A stretch of 64,000 nt of DNA, from positions 384,001-448,000 of the forward strand of contig CAVZRV010000027.1 of assembly GCA_963777605.1 (NCBI GenBank), written 5' to 3'. This document shows, in pieces, positions 1 to 10,312 of the stretch. Positions within the stretch are counted from its first letter, which is position 1; each line of letters begins with the position of its first letter. The notes under the pieces were generated by a model. That model saw only the letters and a program-made list of their open reading frames with translations. It was not told where the DNA came from and searched no databases. The stretch is from an uncultured Acidobacteriota bacterium. GTDB lineage: Bacteria > Acidobacteriota > UBA6911 > RPQK01 > JAPXNP01. The translations under genes and the position numbers were made by a program.

Positions 1-773
1 ACTCCACTCAACTCCGTAACATCGCTGAAGGTACCGTCTCCGTTGTTTCTGTAGAGAACGTCGGGAGCATTCTTGATGCCCTTGGCGATGGGTCCGCACA
101 ACACCATGTTGCCCCGGTGGCCGCACCGCGGTTCCGGCAGGTTCTTGAAGTCGAGAACGAGGTAGTTTGCCACGTAAAGATCGAGATCACCGTCCCCGTC
201 AATGTCGCCGAACGCTGCGGACGTGCTCCAGCGGTCATTCCCGACACCCGCTGCCCGCGTTACTTCCGTGAACGTGCCGTCGCCGTTGTTGCGATATAGA
301 ATGTTCGGTCCGAGGCAGGTCAGGTAGAGATCGACATCACCGTCGTTGTCATAGTCACCCGCGCTGACCCCCATACCCCAGGCATTGCGAGTTAATCCGG
401 CGGCATCGGTGACGTCGGTAAAGGTCCCGTTTCGATTGTTGCGGAAGAGAGCGCCGTGCAGTTTCTCACCGTCCGGATACTGGCTCATCAGCGCCCCCTG
501 CACCACGTAGATGTCCTGCCAGCCGTCACCGTCATAGTCCAGGAACCCGATTCCGCCCCCCTTCGCCTCGGGAATGTATTCCTTGTGGTCGGGAGATCCA
601 TTGACGTGGTGGAAGTTGAGGCCGGCCCGGTCAACCCGGGCAAACACCGGCAGTGGAGCATCAAGGGAAGCGCCACTGAATCCCCAAACCGGAAGCGCCA
701 ACAAAAAGACGATTCCCAAACCGGCCCGATGGGACCCGGCCGACATTTCCCACCTATTCCAGCGGTCACCCAT
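1..773 (-). CDS. CRTAC1/ASPIC-UnbV family FG-GAP repeat protein (partial, runs off the window start; absent from ORF track)
   Basis: Manual translation from ATG at 773: MGDRWNRWEMSAGSHRAGLGIVFLLALPVWG...KEYIPEAKGGGIGFLDYDGDGWQDIYVVQG...LYRNNGDGTFTEVT...WSTSAAFGDIDGDGDLDLYVANY. Open to position 1. ATG overlaps the TGA of the upstream paralog. Confidence 0.9.
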   Translation of the reverse strand, partial: MGDRWNRWEMSAGSHRAGLGIVFLLALPVWGFSGASLDAPLPVFARVDRAGLNFHHVNGSPDHKEYIPEAKGGGIGFLDYDGDGWQDIYVVQGALMSQYPDGEKLHGALFRNNRNGTFTDVTDAAGLTRNAWGMGVSAGDYDNDGDVDLYLTCLGPNILYRNNGDGTFTEVTRAAGVGNDRWSTSAAFGDIDGDGDLDLYVANYLVLDFKNLPEPRCGHRGNMVLCGPIAKGIKNAPDVLYRNNGDGTFSDVTELSG

Positions 774-2614
774 CACTGAAAGCTCTCCTTCTCCAGCGTC
801 CCGTCCCGATCGATGACGTAGTGTTGATCAACCGCAACGTTCTCGAAGCTGGAGACCGAGCCGTCCAACCATCGGACTTCAACCCGATCTACGCTGGTTG
901 CCGAAGCGACACCGAAGTGCACCCTCGGGTCACTGGCCGAGTAAATCCCGACAGCGCGCCGGACCTCACGAACCTGCCTGAGTCCCCCCACGGTGACCGT
1001 CACCCGAGCTCCGATCGTTTCCCGCTTCGAAGCCGCGTCCGTGACCTTGAACATGACCCAGTGATTGGAGTCGGTCCGATCGTTTCGAAGAAGCCGGGGA
1101 GACTCGTTAAGGTTCGCGACCAGGATGTCCACATCCCCATCGTTGTCCACGTCCCCAAAAGCGGCTCCCCGGCTCACCTCCTCCTTGACAAAGTCCGGCC
1201 CGGCCGCACTGCTCACATCGAGGAAGGTCCCATCCTTCTGGTTCAGGTAGAGAGTGGCCGGCTGGCGATACGCCTCCTTGCTGTCCCCCTCCAGCAGGAA
1301 TGGATAGACGTGCCCGTTGACGTGAATCAGGTCCTTCCAGCCGTCGTTGTCGACGTCAACAAAAGCGGTGCTCCAGCTGACCAGGGCCCACTCGGAAGCC
1401 TGGATCCGGGCTTCGCCAGTAACGTCTTTGAACACCAGGTCGCCCAGGTTGTGATAGAGAGTGCTGAAATCGCTGGCAAAGTGGGTCACGAACACGTCCA
1501 GGAGCCCGTCGTTGTCGTAATCAGATGCATCGATCCCCATGCTGGCCTGCATGGCGCCGTCTCCGCTGACTGCGAGACCGCCCAGGAATCCCATCTCCTC
1601 GAAATGCCCCCGGCCGTCGTTGACGAACAGGAGATTAGGCGTGGCATCATCGGCCACATACAGGTCGAGGTCCCCGTCATTGTCGAGGTCCGCCCAGACG
1701 ACTCCCAACCCGAAATAGTGTTCGGAATCCGCGGCTCCCACTTCCCGGGAGACTTCCTGAAACGTCCCGTCCCCGTTGTTGCGATAGAAGGAGTCCTCCG
1801 CACCCGGAAGCCCCCGCGGACCGCACATCACGCGCCTTCCCAGGTACGTACAGACATCACTGGAAGGCGGCAATTTCTCAACCCCGACGTCGAGGTAGTT
1901 GGCGACGTAGAGATCCAGATCCCCATCCTTGTCATAGTCGGCAAAAGCAGCGGAGGTGCTCCAGTGGGGGTCACCGACTCCACTTCTGGCCGTGACGTCC
2001 GTGAAGGTCCCGTCTCCGTTGTTGCGATACAGGACGTTGGGGCCCAGTTGCGTGATGTAGATGTCGATGAACCCGTCGTTGTCGTAGTCTCCGAAGGTGA
2101 CGCCCATCCCCCATCGGGCATAGGAGAGACCGGCCGCTTCGGTGACGTCTTCGAAGGTGCCGTTGCCCCGGTTGTGGAAGAGGCGACTGGGCTGATTTTC
2201 AGGCGTCCCCACCAGATCGAGTCGGGACCCCTGAACCGCCAGGGCGTCGAGCCAGCCGTCATTGTCGTAGTCGAACAGCCCAATGCCCCCGCCTTTCGAC
2301 TCGAAAATGTAATCCTTGCGGTCAGCCCGCCCGCTGATGTGCTTGAAACGAATCCCCGAGTCACCGGTTACGTCAACGAAGTGGGGGATCCCCCGGACTT
2401 CTGCGTGAACCGCCCCTAAGGATGTCAGCACTGCGATCACGACAAACGCGCTGAGCGGAGTGATGTAACCGAAGAGCGAACCATTCTTCGGGGCCACGAC
2501 GCCGGCGTCGCCCACTTCCCTTCCCCAACGCCGAGGTTTCGGCTCTTCCAATGCCAACAACTCCAGGTCCTGAGATAGAACGGAATGCCAGCGCTCTAAA
2601 CGGGACTTCTTCAT
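773..2614 (-). CDS. CRTAC1/ASPIC-UnbV family protein (FG-GAP/VCBS repeats plus C-terminal ASPIC-UnbV domain)
   Basis: Repeated DYDNDGxxD and LYRNNGDGTFxDV motifs; C-terminal IGARVTV...SASDPRVHFG...VEVRW. Start at 2614 chosen from the ATGA overlap with the GTPase stop; a later start is possible. Confidence 0.9.
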   Translation of the reverse strand: MKKSRLERWHSVLSQDLELLALEEPKPRRWGREVGDAGVVAPKNGSLFGYITPLSAFVVIAVLTSLGAVHAEVRGIPHFVDVTGDSGIRFKHISGRADRKDYIFESKGGGIGLFDYDNDGWLDALAVQGSRLDLVGTPENQPSRLFHNRGNGTFEDVTEAAGLSYARWGMGVTFGDYDNDGFIDIYITQLGPNVLYRNNGDGTFTDVTARSGVGDPHWSTSAAFADYDKDGDLDLYVANYLDVGVEKLPPSSDVCTYLGRRVMCGPRGLPGAEDSFYRNNGDGTFQEVSREVGAADSEHYFGLGVVWADLDNDGDLDLYVADDATPNLLFVNDGRGHFEEMGFLGGLAVSGDGAMQASMGIDASDYDNDGLLDVFVTHFASDFSTLYHNLGDLVFKDVTGEARIQASEWALVSWSTAFVDVDNDGWKDLIHVNGHVYPFLLEGDSKEAYRQPATLYLNQKDGTFLDVSSAAGPDFVKEEVSRGAAFGDVDNDGDVDILVANLNESPRLLRNDRTDSNHWVMFKVTDAASKRETIGARVTVTVGGLRQVREVRRAVGIYSASDPRVHFGVASATSVDRVEVRWLDGSVSSFENVAVDQHYVIDRDGTLEKESFQ

Positions 2615-3576
2615 GAGTGAATTTCGAGAAGGTCCCCGTCGTGAAGAACGTAATCCCGCTCCACCATTTGGCCTTCGTAGAGTCCGCCACCCCAAATCCG
2701 GGCAAACTTGAAGGTTTCGGCCAGGTCCTTGTGAATCATCGCGGCCGCATCGAGGACCGTGCTTCCCCGATCCAGCACGTAAGGAGCCTGGTCCCGCTCG
2801 GGCTTTCCTCCGGGAGGTTTGGTGTAGACGCGCACGACATTCAACCGTTCGAAAAGCATCTTCTTCATAGCCAGGAGGTCTCCGGCAGCCCCTGTGGAAA
2901 AAGGCAGCGCCTTGAAGTCGGCTTCGAAGAGCTCCTGCCAGGCCTCGAAACTCTCCTTCCCGTCGGGCCGATCAACCTTGTTGCCGAGAAAGATCAGGCT
3001 ACTCTCTGGAGCGGGCGGCAGAACCAAACCCCTTGAACGCAATTGTTCGAGAACGAACGCGGTTTGGTCGAGGAGAAGAGGATCCGTCACGTCGAACAGA
3101 AGGACTCCGACGTCCGACTGTTCCAGCATGGCGATCTGCCAGGGCTCGAACACTTCTCTGGCCAGGGGAGGCATGTCCACCAACTGGAGTTGGACATCCT
3201 CGTACGGCATCATCCCGGGCTGAGGCGCCCGGGTCGTGAACGGGTAACCGGCGATCTCAGGTTCAGCGTTGGTCAAATTACCGAGCAGTGAGGATTTCCC
3301 GGAATTCGCCGGACCGGAGACAACCACTCGACCGATGCCTTCTCTCTCAATGTAGTAGAACGGCCGCTTTGGGCCTCCGGAGGCCCTTTCCTTTTGGTGT
3401 TCTTTGCGGAGCTTGGAAAGGCGTCGCTTCAGGTCCGCCTGCATCTTCTCCGTCCCCTTGTGCTTGGGAATGACCCGAAGCATGTCTTCGAGGGCGGACA
3501 CCTTGTCGGCGGCAGACTCCGCTGCTTTGAATCTTTCCTCCGCGTCGTGGTACTCGGGAGTCAGATTGGCTGGCAC
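2611..3576 (-). CDS. DRG/Obg-family GTPase with C-terminal TGS domain
   Basis: N-terminal IPKHKGTEKMQADLKRRLSKL (DRG-like), G1 GPANSGKSS, G2 YPFTT, G3 region DMPP, G4 NKVD, TGS segment VRVYTK...STVLDAAAMIHKDL..FKFARIWG...GQMV.RDYVLHDGDLLEIH. Confidence 0.9.
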   Translation of the reverse strand: MPANLTPEYHDAEERFKAAESAADKVSALEDMLRVIPKHKGTEKMQADLKRRLSKLRKEHQKERASGGPKRPFYYIEREGIGRVVVSGPANSGKSSLLGNLTNAEPEIAGYPFTTRAPQPGMMPYEDVQLQLVDMPPLAREVFEPWQIAMLEQSDVGVLLFDVTDPLLLDQTAFVLEQLRSRGLVLPPAPESSLIFLGNKVDRPDGKESFEAWQELFEADFKALPFSTGAAGDLLAMKKMLFERLNVVRVYTKPPGGKPERDQAPYVLDRGSTVLDAAAMIHKDLAETFKFARIWGGGLYEGQMVERDYVLHDGDLLEIHS

Positions 3577-3872
3577 GGGAGGATTATAGCGAATTCCGCT
3601 CCGAACCGGAGCGCCCCCGGGGATTTCTGGGGAAGAATAGAAACCTAACCGGAATTATGTCATATTGCCAAAGTGAGGCTGTCTTTCCCACGCCTCGACT
3701 GGTTAGGGTTTTCCGGATGGGGAATCTCCCCCCGGCTCTGGTTATCAGACCGTTTTTCGTTTGTTGTGACGGAGCCACCAGAGACGAGCCGTCTCGAATC
3801 CGTCTTAGAATGGATCTGAGAAGGGGTCAAAGCCGACGAAGAAGATCTACTGAGAAGAGAATTCGACATCTG

Positions 3873-4565
3873 ATGAAAGCGTTTCTTGCGACAGTTCTGA
3901 CCGGGATCCTGGGGTTGAGCATGACCCTGGCAGCGCCCGACGGTGATTACCGGCAATGGACCATGGAGCAGGCGGTTCGAATCCTCAGCGATTCTCCCTG
4001 GATGAGCCGGGAGACTTCGACCCGGGTCGTGGGCGGAATCGGCAGTGGCGTCCAGGGCGAAAAAGAGATCTACAACACGTACTTCGTCCGTTTTCTTTCT
4101 GCATTGCCGATACGCCAGGCCTTCGTGCGAATTCGCCAACTCCAACTCGGCTACGACCAATTGGACGCAGCGCGTCAGAGGAAACTCGACCAGCAACTAC
4201 ACGGAATTCTGGATCTCGACGTTGACAAGTGGATCGTCGTGGCGGTGGCGTTCCGTTCCAACAATCCACGACAACAGTCCAGCGTCGAGCGCTTCTTCGA
4301 ATCTGAAACAATGGAGACCATCAAAACCCGGGCATTTCTTTCGACGGAGCGGTTTCCCCGGGTCGAGATCACCGCCTACTTCCCCCCAAGAGAGCCTTCG
4401 GTGGGAGCGAAATTTGTTTTTCCACGGTTCATCGACGGTACACCGATCGTCAAATCTGACGATAAAGAGATTGTATTTGAGTTCGACACCCCGGGGTCGG
4501 GACGTGAATTGCGAGCGCGATTCATCGTTTCTGACATGATTGTGAATGGAGATTTGGAGATATGA
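3873..4565 (+). CDS. Hypothetical secreted protein
   Basis: Signal-peptide-like MKAFLATVLTGILGLSMTLAA; stop overlaps the next ATG (ATGA at 4562-4565). Confidence 0.75.
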   Translation: MKAFLATVLTGILGLSMTLAAPDGDYRQWTMEQAVRILSDSPWMSRETSTRVVGGIGSGVQGEKEIYNTYFVRFLSALPIRQAFVRIRQLQLGYDQLDAARQRKLDQQLHGILDLDVDKWIVVAVAFRSNNPRQQSSVERFFESETMETIKTRAFLSTERFPRVEITAYFPPREPSVGAKFVFPRFIDGTPIVKSDDKEIVFEFDTPGSGRELRARFIVSDMIVNGDLEI

Positions 4566-7421
4566 GGTGGGGACTGCCGGCAGCCCTGCTCCTGGGCCTG
4601 CTCCTCACGGGAAACATTTCATCGGCACTTGGGGCCACCGTTGGCGGTGTCCTGGTTTCGTCGGGCTCCGCCTCGTGTGCGGATGCGGGTCTAATCTTCG
4701 TAAACGAAAATACTAACGAGGTCTTTCCAGCCGAAACCGGCCCGGAGGGCAAGTTCCAGGTCGAAATCGCGGCCGGCGATTACGCAGTTTACCGCCAATG
4801 TCACGACCAGCGTGAATTCGTGACCCGGCTTACAGTTGAGGAACAAGGATCCCAAAGTCTTCAACTGCAAGTGCCGGCGGACGAGTCGCCCACCGACGAA
4901 CTGCAGGCAATCCAGGATTTCGCGGTCGGCAATGTGGAATCAGCCGACCAGAACCTGGCAGACCTGATCAATCCCTTCCCAGCCAAGAAGCAAGGCAGAC
5001 TCTACGGTGCCGTCTACCTTTTCCATCGAAACGACAATCTGGACGCCCGGAACTTCTTCGACCCCGTCGGCGAACCCCTGCCCGAGTACAAGCGCAATCA
5101 GTTCGGGGGAAACCTGGGCTTCTTTGTCACCCCAAAGTTGAGCGTCTACGGGAGTTATGACGGGCTCCGAATCATTCAGGGATCGACGATCCTGACCCAC
5201 GTACCGACCGCGGCAATGAAGTCCGGAAACTTCCTTGAAACCGGGATCGACTTGATGGATCCCGAAACAGGCCAGCCGTTTCCCAACGCTACAATCCCTG
5301 CGGACCGATTCAATCCTGTCGCTCAAAAGGTTCTGCTCACGATGCCGGATCCAAATCGTTCGGATCCGGACCGGAATTTCGTCAACAACGACCCGCTGCT
5401 GCAAGACCGAAATAATCTCAACATTCGGACCGACTACGAGACTTCCAAGAATGCAACGGTGGTTGCCGAGTACTACTACACCGGAGTCCAGAGGACACGC
5501 GTCACACCACTTCCCGACTTCGACAGTTCATCGACGGAACGCCACCAGTCGGCATCGGTGACCTACAACCGGGCGATCACCGACAAGTTGATCGCCTACA
5601 GCCGAATCCAATTTGCCCGCAGCCGTACGATCTCGATTTCGCAGAACGCGGGTCGCGCCGGTCTTCTGGATTCGCTTGGGATCAACGGTCTGACGCTAAC
5701 GGATCCTCTCGAGGAAGGCTACCCGCAGTTCGAGTTGACCGGTTATGCGGATCCTGGCGATTCCAACTCACCGAATACGGCAGTACGAAACCGGGCTTCG
5801 CTCGACAGTTCCGCGACTTACGTGATCAACAACCACACGCTCCGGGGAGGCATCGGACTGGATGACATCCAACTGAACAATTACCGATCGGATGGGCTGC
5901 ACCGGGGTTCTTTCAGCTTCACCGGGAAATTTTCCGGCGATGCCTTTGCGGATTTCCTGCTCGGTCATCCCGATGCTTCGTCCAGGGGGATCGGCTCAGA
6001 TCGGGCCGATCTGAGGAAGTTCCAGTGGAATGCGTTCTTTCGCGACCAGTGGCGCATCAATCCGACACTCCAGATGACGATTGGGGCCAACTACCGGTTT
6101 TCACCACCCTATCGTTCGATCCAGTGACAACGTTTCCGGATTTTTCCCACTGCTTTTCGAACCGCCGATCAGCGGCGAGATCGTGATTGCAGGCACTTCG
6201 CGGGCAGAGCAACTGGGGTTCGGAGACGCCGTCAACGGCACTCTGATCTTTCCCGATCGGAACGACTGGGCACCGAACCTTGCGTTCGCCTACAACCCGC
6301 TTGGAAGCAACCAACTCGTCCTGAGGGGCACCTACTCGATCAACTATGACTCTCCCAACCAGTGGTACTTCATCGAGTCGCTGGGCCGAAACTACCCCTT
6401 CTATTACGTGGAGTCGGTCGAGACTTCCGAAGGTGGTCCTCCGGTATCTCTGAGTGACCCCTTCGCTGAGGCTGCACGCCCCGAGTTGACGGTCCGTGGA
6501 ATTTCTCCTCACCTTCGCAACGCCTACGTTCAGAACTGGAGGGCATCGGTAGAAACCGAACTCTCCCGCAACTGGTCCGTTCAGGTAACCTACGCCGGTC
6601 AAAAGGGCACCAGAATGACCCGGGTGATCCCGGCCAACGTGCCGACTCCCAGCCCCGAACCAATCCAGGATCGCAGGCCGAACCCGGAGTACGGACGCTT
6701 CCGAATCATCAATGACGGCGGCAGTTTCGTGGGCCATGGCCTGGACCTGACCGCCGAACGAAGGATGGCGGACGGACTGTCGGTGAGATCCGGCTTTGAG
6801 TGGAATCGCTTCTTTTCGGACGATCTGGGAGGCGATCCCCAGAATCCACGGGACCTGCAGGCTGAGCGATCCCAGGCAACCTGGGTTCCCCGCAAGCGTT
6901 TCTTTCTGAACTACATCATCGACCTCCCCTTCCGATCGATTGCGTTCGCCGACGACGTCTCATGGCTCCAATGGGCACTGGACGGGTGGCGACTTTCGGG
7001 AATCACGGAAATCCAGGACGGTCGACCATTCACCGTCACCGTCAGTGGCGACCCCAACAACGATGGCGTATATGGTGACCGGCCCGACCGAATCGCCTCA
7101 GGGAATCTCCCGGCCGACCAGCGGAGCGTTGACCAGTGGTTCGACACATCGGCCTTTACGGCGCCCGCAGACTACTCTTTCGGCAATTCGGGCCGCGGTA
7201 TCTTGTTCGGCCCCGGCCACCACACCTGGGACGTCAGCGTCATCAAGCAGACCAGGATGTCCGACGGAGAAATGCTGGAATTTCGGGTTGAGCTGTTCAA
7301 CGCATTCAACCACACCAACTTCTACCGGCCCACTTCCCAGTTTGACAGTTCCACGTTCGGAACGATCTTCGGGGCAGACCGGGCCCGCGAAATCGAAGTA
7401 GCCCTGAAGTATTCCTTCTAG
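4562..7421 (+). CDS. TonB-dependent receptor-like outer-membrane beta-barrel (Oar type), split by one frameshift near 6120
   Basis: ORFs 4562..6127 and 6081..7421 join into one protein: N-terminal carboxypeptidase-regulatory-like domain, FHRNDNLDARNFFD, RNQFGGNLG, RDQWRINPTL, DRNDWAPNLAFAY, EFRVELFNAFNHTNF, terminal ALKYSF. Confidence 0.88.
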
Positions 7422-7433
7422 TGTCCCGAGCCA

Positions 7434-8597
7434 CTAGTAAAGGAACATCGGCTTTCCCAGAACCTCAGTGACTTTCGGGAGGTAATCGTCGATGTCGTAG
7501 AAGGTATCCACATCGACCCGCTTCACGCCCTGGGCGACAATCTCGATGTCGTCATGCCCATATCGACCCTCTCTCAAAACGACGAGCCGTCCGGTAAGGC
7601 CCTGCTGGATCAGGTCGATGGCCAGACTCCCGTAGTTGGCTGAAACCATCCGGTCCAGGGAATCCGGGGCACCACTTCGCATCAGGTATCCCAGTTGCTG
7701 GTAAATGATGTTCCGACCGGTCCGCCGGCGAATCTCCTCGGCCGTTAGGCTGCCGATGCCTCCAAGTTTGCGATGCCCGAAAGAGTCAACGGGGCCGCTT
7801 TCGAGGACATCATCCCCAATCATGCGGGCTCCTTCTGAAATCGTCATCACCGCGTAGCGGCTGGGACTGCGTTCCTGGTCGTCGCACAGAAGCTTCGCCA
7901 ATCGATCGGGGTCGAAGGGAACCTCGCTGATGATGGCCCGGTCGACCTCAGAGAGATACGCGGCCATGAGCGAGGTCTCCCCCGAGTTGCGGCCGAAAAG
8001 TTCCACGATGCCGATGCGTTCATGCGATCCGATCGACGTCCGCAACTGGGTGATGTATTCGACACTCCTGGTGACTGCAGTTGAAAACCCGATGCAGTAG
8101 TCGGTTCCGAAGACGTCGTTGTCCATGGTTTTGGGGACGGCGACAACCTTTACGCCCTCCTTGTGCATTCGGTGGGCGTAGCTGAGGGTGTCGTCACCTC
8201 CAATGGGGATTACGGTGTCGATGCCCAAGAGATCCAGGACCTTGAGGACGTGATCAGTGAAATCGACGAAGTCCCTGCCGGACAGAGCTTGGGGGCTATT
8301 ACGCAGGAAGACCGGAATCTGCTCATGAGGCACGTTGCCCGGATTCGTTCTCGACGTGTGAAGAAATGTCCCCCCGGTTCGACCGATGGTCCGGACGGTC
8401 TCTTGCGTCATCTTGACGACATACTTGCTCCGAGCGTCTTCCTCATCGGGATTGAAATGAAGCAGCCCGGCCCATCCCCGCTTAATGCCGAAGACTTCGT
8501 CACCATCATCGGCAGCCCTGTAGACAACCGATCGGATGCAGGGATTCAAGCCCGGGACGTCGCCCCCACCAGTAAGAATTGCGATTCGTTTTGCCAT
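7434..8597 (-). CDS. pfkA: 6-phosphofructokinase (PfkA family, PPi-type signature)
   Basis: [41 protein letters not shown]. Confidence 0.92.
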   Translation of the reverse strand: MAKRIAILTGGGDVPGLNPCIRSVVYRAADDGDEVFGIKRGWAGLLHFNPDEEDARSKYVVKMTQETVRTIGRTGGTFLHTSRTNPGNVPHEQIPVFLRNSPQALSGRDFVDFTDHVLKVLDLLGIDTVIPIGGDDTLSYAHRMHKEGVKVVAVPKTMDNDVFGTDYCIGFSTAVTRSVEYITQLRTSIGSHERIGIVELFGRNSGETSLMAAYLSEVDRAIISEVPFDPDRLAKLLCDDQERSPSRYAVMTISEGARMIGDDVLESGPVDSFGHRKLGGIGSLTAEEIRRRTGRNIIYQQLGYLMRSGAPDSLDRMVSANYGSLAIDLIQQGLTGRLVVLREGRYGHDDIEIVAQGVKRVDVDTFYDIDDYLPKVTEVLGKPMFLY

Positions 8598-8643
8598 GGA
8601 TTTGGACCTTCCAGAAGGCAGATTTTAGCAGAGAAGATCGTTG

Positions 8644-9795
8644 TCACTCCGGTTTCAATGGAGGAACCTCGATCCAACACTGCTCCTTCCACGATTCGAT
8701 TCCGAGTTCGGCCAACTGAACTCCACGAGCTCCTTCGTACAAATCCCAGGGAAAGGGTGCGTCGTGGACCACGTGTGCCAGAAAGAGCTCCCACTGCGCC
8801 TTGAACGCATTGTCAAAGCTTCGTTGCTCGGGGACCCGGATCCAGTCACTGAAATAATCGATGGGAGATTCGATGTCGGGATTCCAGACCGGGCGGGGCG
8901 TTGCCGCCAGAGGCTGCAGCCAGCACTCTCGCAAGCCCGCCACTGCCGATCCATTTGTCCCATCGACTTGAAGAGTAAGCAGGTCGTCCCGCCTCACGCG
9001 GACTGCCCAGGACGAATTGAAATGAGCGACCACTCCGCCGGCCAGGCGGAAAGTAGCGTAAGCTGCATCATCCGCCGTACAGGCGTAAAGTCGTCCGTTT
9101 TCGTCCCGGCGTTCCGCAATGTGGGTTTCAGCGATCGCGGAGACGGCTTCGACTCCCCCGAACAGGTCGTCGAGAATGTAGCGCCAGTGAGGGAACATGT
9201 CGTTGATGATGCCGCCCCCGTCCTCCCTGCGGTAGTTCCAGGAGGGACGCTGGCAGGGTATCGAGGATCCGTCGAAAACCCAGTATCCGAATTCCCCACG
9301 AACCGAGAGGATCCGGCCAAAGAACCGGGATCGAACCAATTCCTTCAGCTTGAGTATCCCTGGAAGCCAGAGTTTGTCCTGGACAACCCCGTTCTTGACG
9401 CCTGCAGTGCGCGCCCGATGGGCAAGCTCGAGGGCTTCGCCGAAGTTCAAAGCGGTCGGCTTCTCGCAGTAAACGTGCTTACCGGCAGCGATCGCTCGGC
9501 TGACGGCATCCACTCGCAGCCAGGTAGATTGGGCGTCAAAGTAGACAGGAAAATCTAAATCTCCCAGGGCAGCATCTAAGTTGGTCGTCCACTTCTCGAC
9601 GCCGGTATCGGCCGAAAGCCGTTCCAGCTTGCTTTCGTTCCGGCCTACCAGCAGCGGTTCGGGCAGGATCACATCGTCACCCGAGGAAAGTCCTCCCTGC
9701 CGAATGATCCCCAGGATCGATCGGATCAGGTGCTGGTTCCGGCCCATTCTGCCGGTGACACCATTCATGATCACACCGACTCTGATCTTCGCCAT
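8644..9795 (-). CDS. Gfo/Idh/MocA family oxidoreductase
   Basis: MNGVTGRMGRNQHL Rossmann start, AGKHVYCEKP, GGGIINDMFPHW. Confidence 0.9.
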   Translation of the reverse strand: MAKIRVGVIMNGVTGRMGRNQHLIRSILGIIRQGGLSSGDDVILPEPLLVGRNESKLERLSADTGVEKWTTNLDAALGDLDFPVYFDAQSTWLRVDAVSRAIAAGKHVYCEKPTALNFGEALELAHRARTAGVKNGVVQDKLWLPGILKLKELVRSRFFGRILSVRGEFGYWVFDGSSIPCQRPSWNYRREDGGGIINDMFPHWRYILDDLFGGVEAVSAIAETHIAERRDENGRLYACTADDAAYATFRLAGGVVAHFNSSWAVRVRRDDLLTLQVDGTNGSAVAGLRECWLQPLAATPRPVWNPDIESPIDYFSDWIRVPEQRSFDNAFKAQWELFLAHVVHDAPFPWDLYEGARGVQLAELGIESWKEQCWIEVPPLKPE

Positions 9796-9850
9796 TTCTA
9801 GCAGCGCTCCATCTGGTTAAAGAATTTCATCGCCCACCCGGCAGATCAAA

Positions 9851-10312
9851 TCAGGTTGATGAACCGTCCTCGTCCGGTCCCACAAACTGCGGCCACGCGC
9901 CCTTGGGGAGCCCGGGCACATCGACACCGGCTCGCGGCAGTGTTCCCGTCAATTCCTGACGCCAGTGCGCGACATCTCCGGCCGGGCCATAACAGTAGAT
10001 CATAGTCAGCGGCTCCGGTCCGGTGTTCGTCAACTGGTGAAACACTCCCGGCGGAATGTAGACCGCCTGCCCAGCGCCCACCTCGGCACGCTCGTCTCCG
10101 AGGCACATCTCCCCATGGCCGCTGACAACAAAGTAGACTTCTTCCTGATCCTGGTTGTGCCAGGGGACCTGCCCTCCGCGAGGATCGAGCGTCACATATC
10201 CCATGCAGAAACTCTCGGTCGAAATCGGCGAAGCCCCACCCACAACGTTCTGAGTTTGCCGCCGGGCCGGATACCGTCGGCCTTCGATTTGGGACAAATC
10301 TGCGATAATCAT
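9851..10312 (-). CDS. Cupin domain protein
   Basis: GGQVPWHNQDQEEVYFVVSGHG...GQAVYIPPGVFHQLTN cupin motifs. ATG at 10312 overlaps the upstream stop. Confidence 0.88.
   Translation of the reverse strand: MIIADLSQIEGRRYPARRQTQNVVGGASPISTESFCMGYVTLDPRGGQVPWHNQDQEEVYFVVSGHGEMCLGDERAEVGAGQAVYIPPGVFHQLTNTGPEPLTMIYCYGPAGDVAHWRQELTGTLPRAGVDVPGLPKGAWPQFVGPDEDGSST

Noticed and set aside
821-2419. 532-aa plus-strand ORF and similar long antisense ORFs (e.g. 8641-9558, 32131-33063, 37194-38303, 45031-46011)
   Set aside because: Shadow ORFs opposite well-supported genes in GC-rich DNA; no recognisable motifs.
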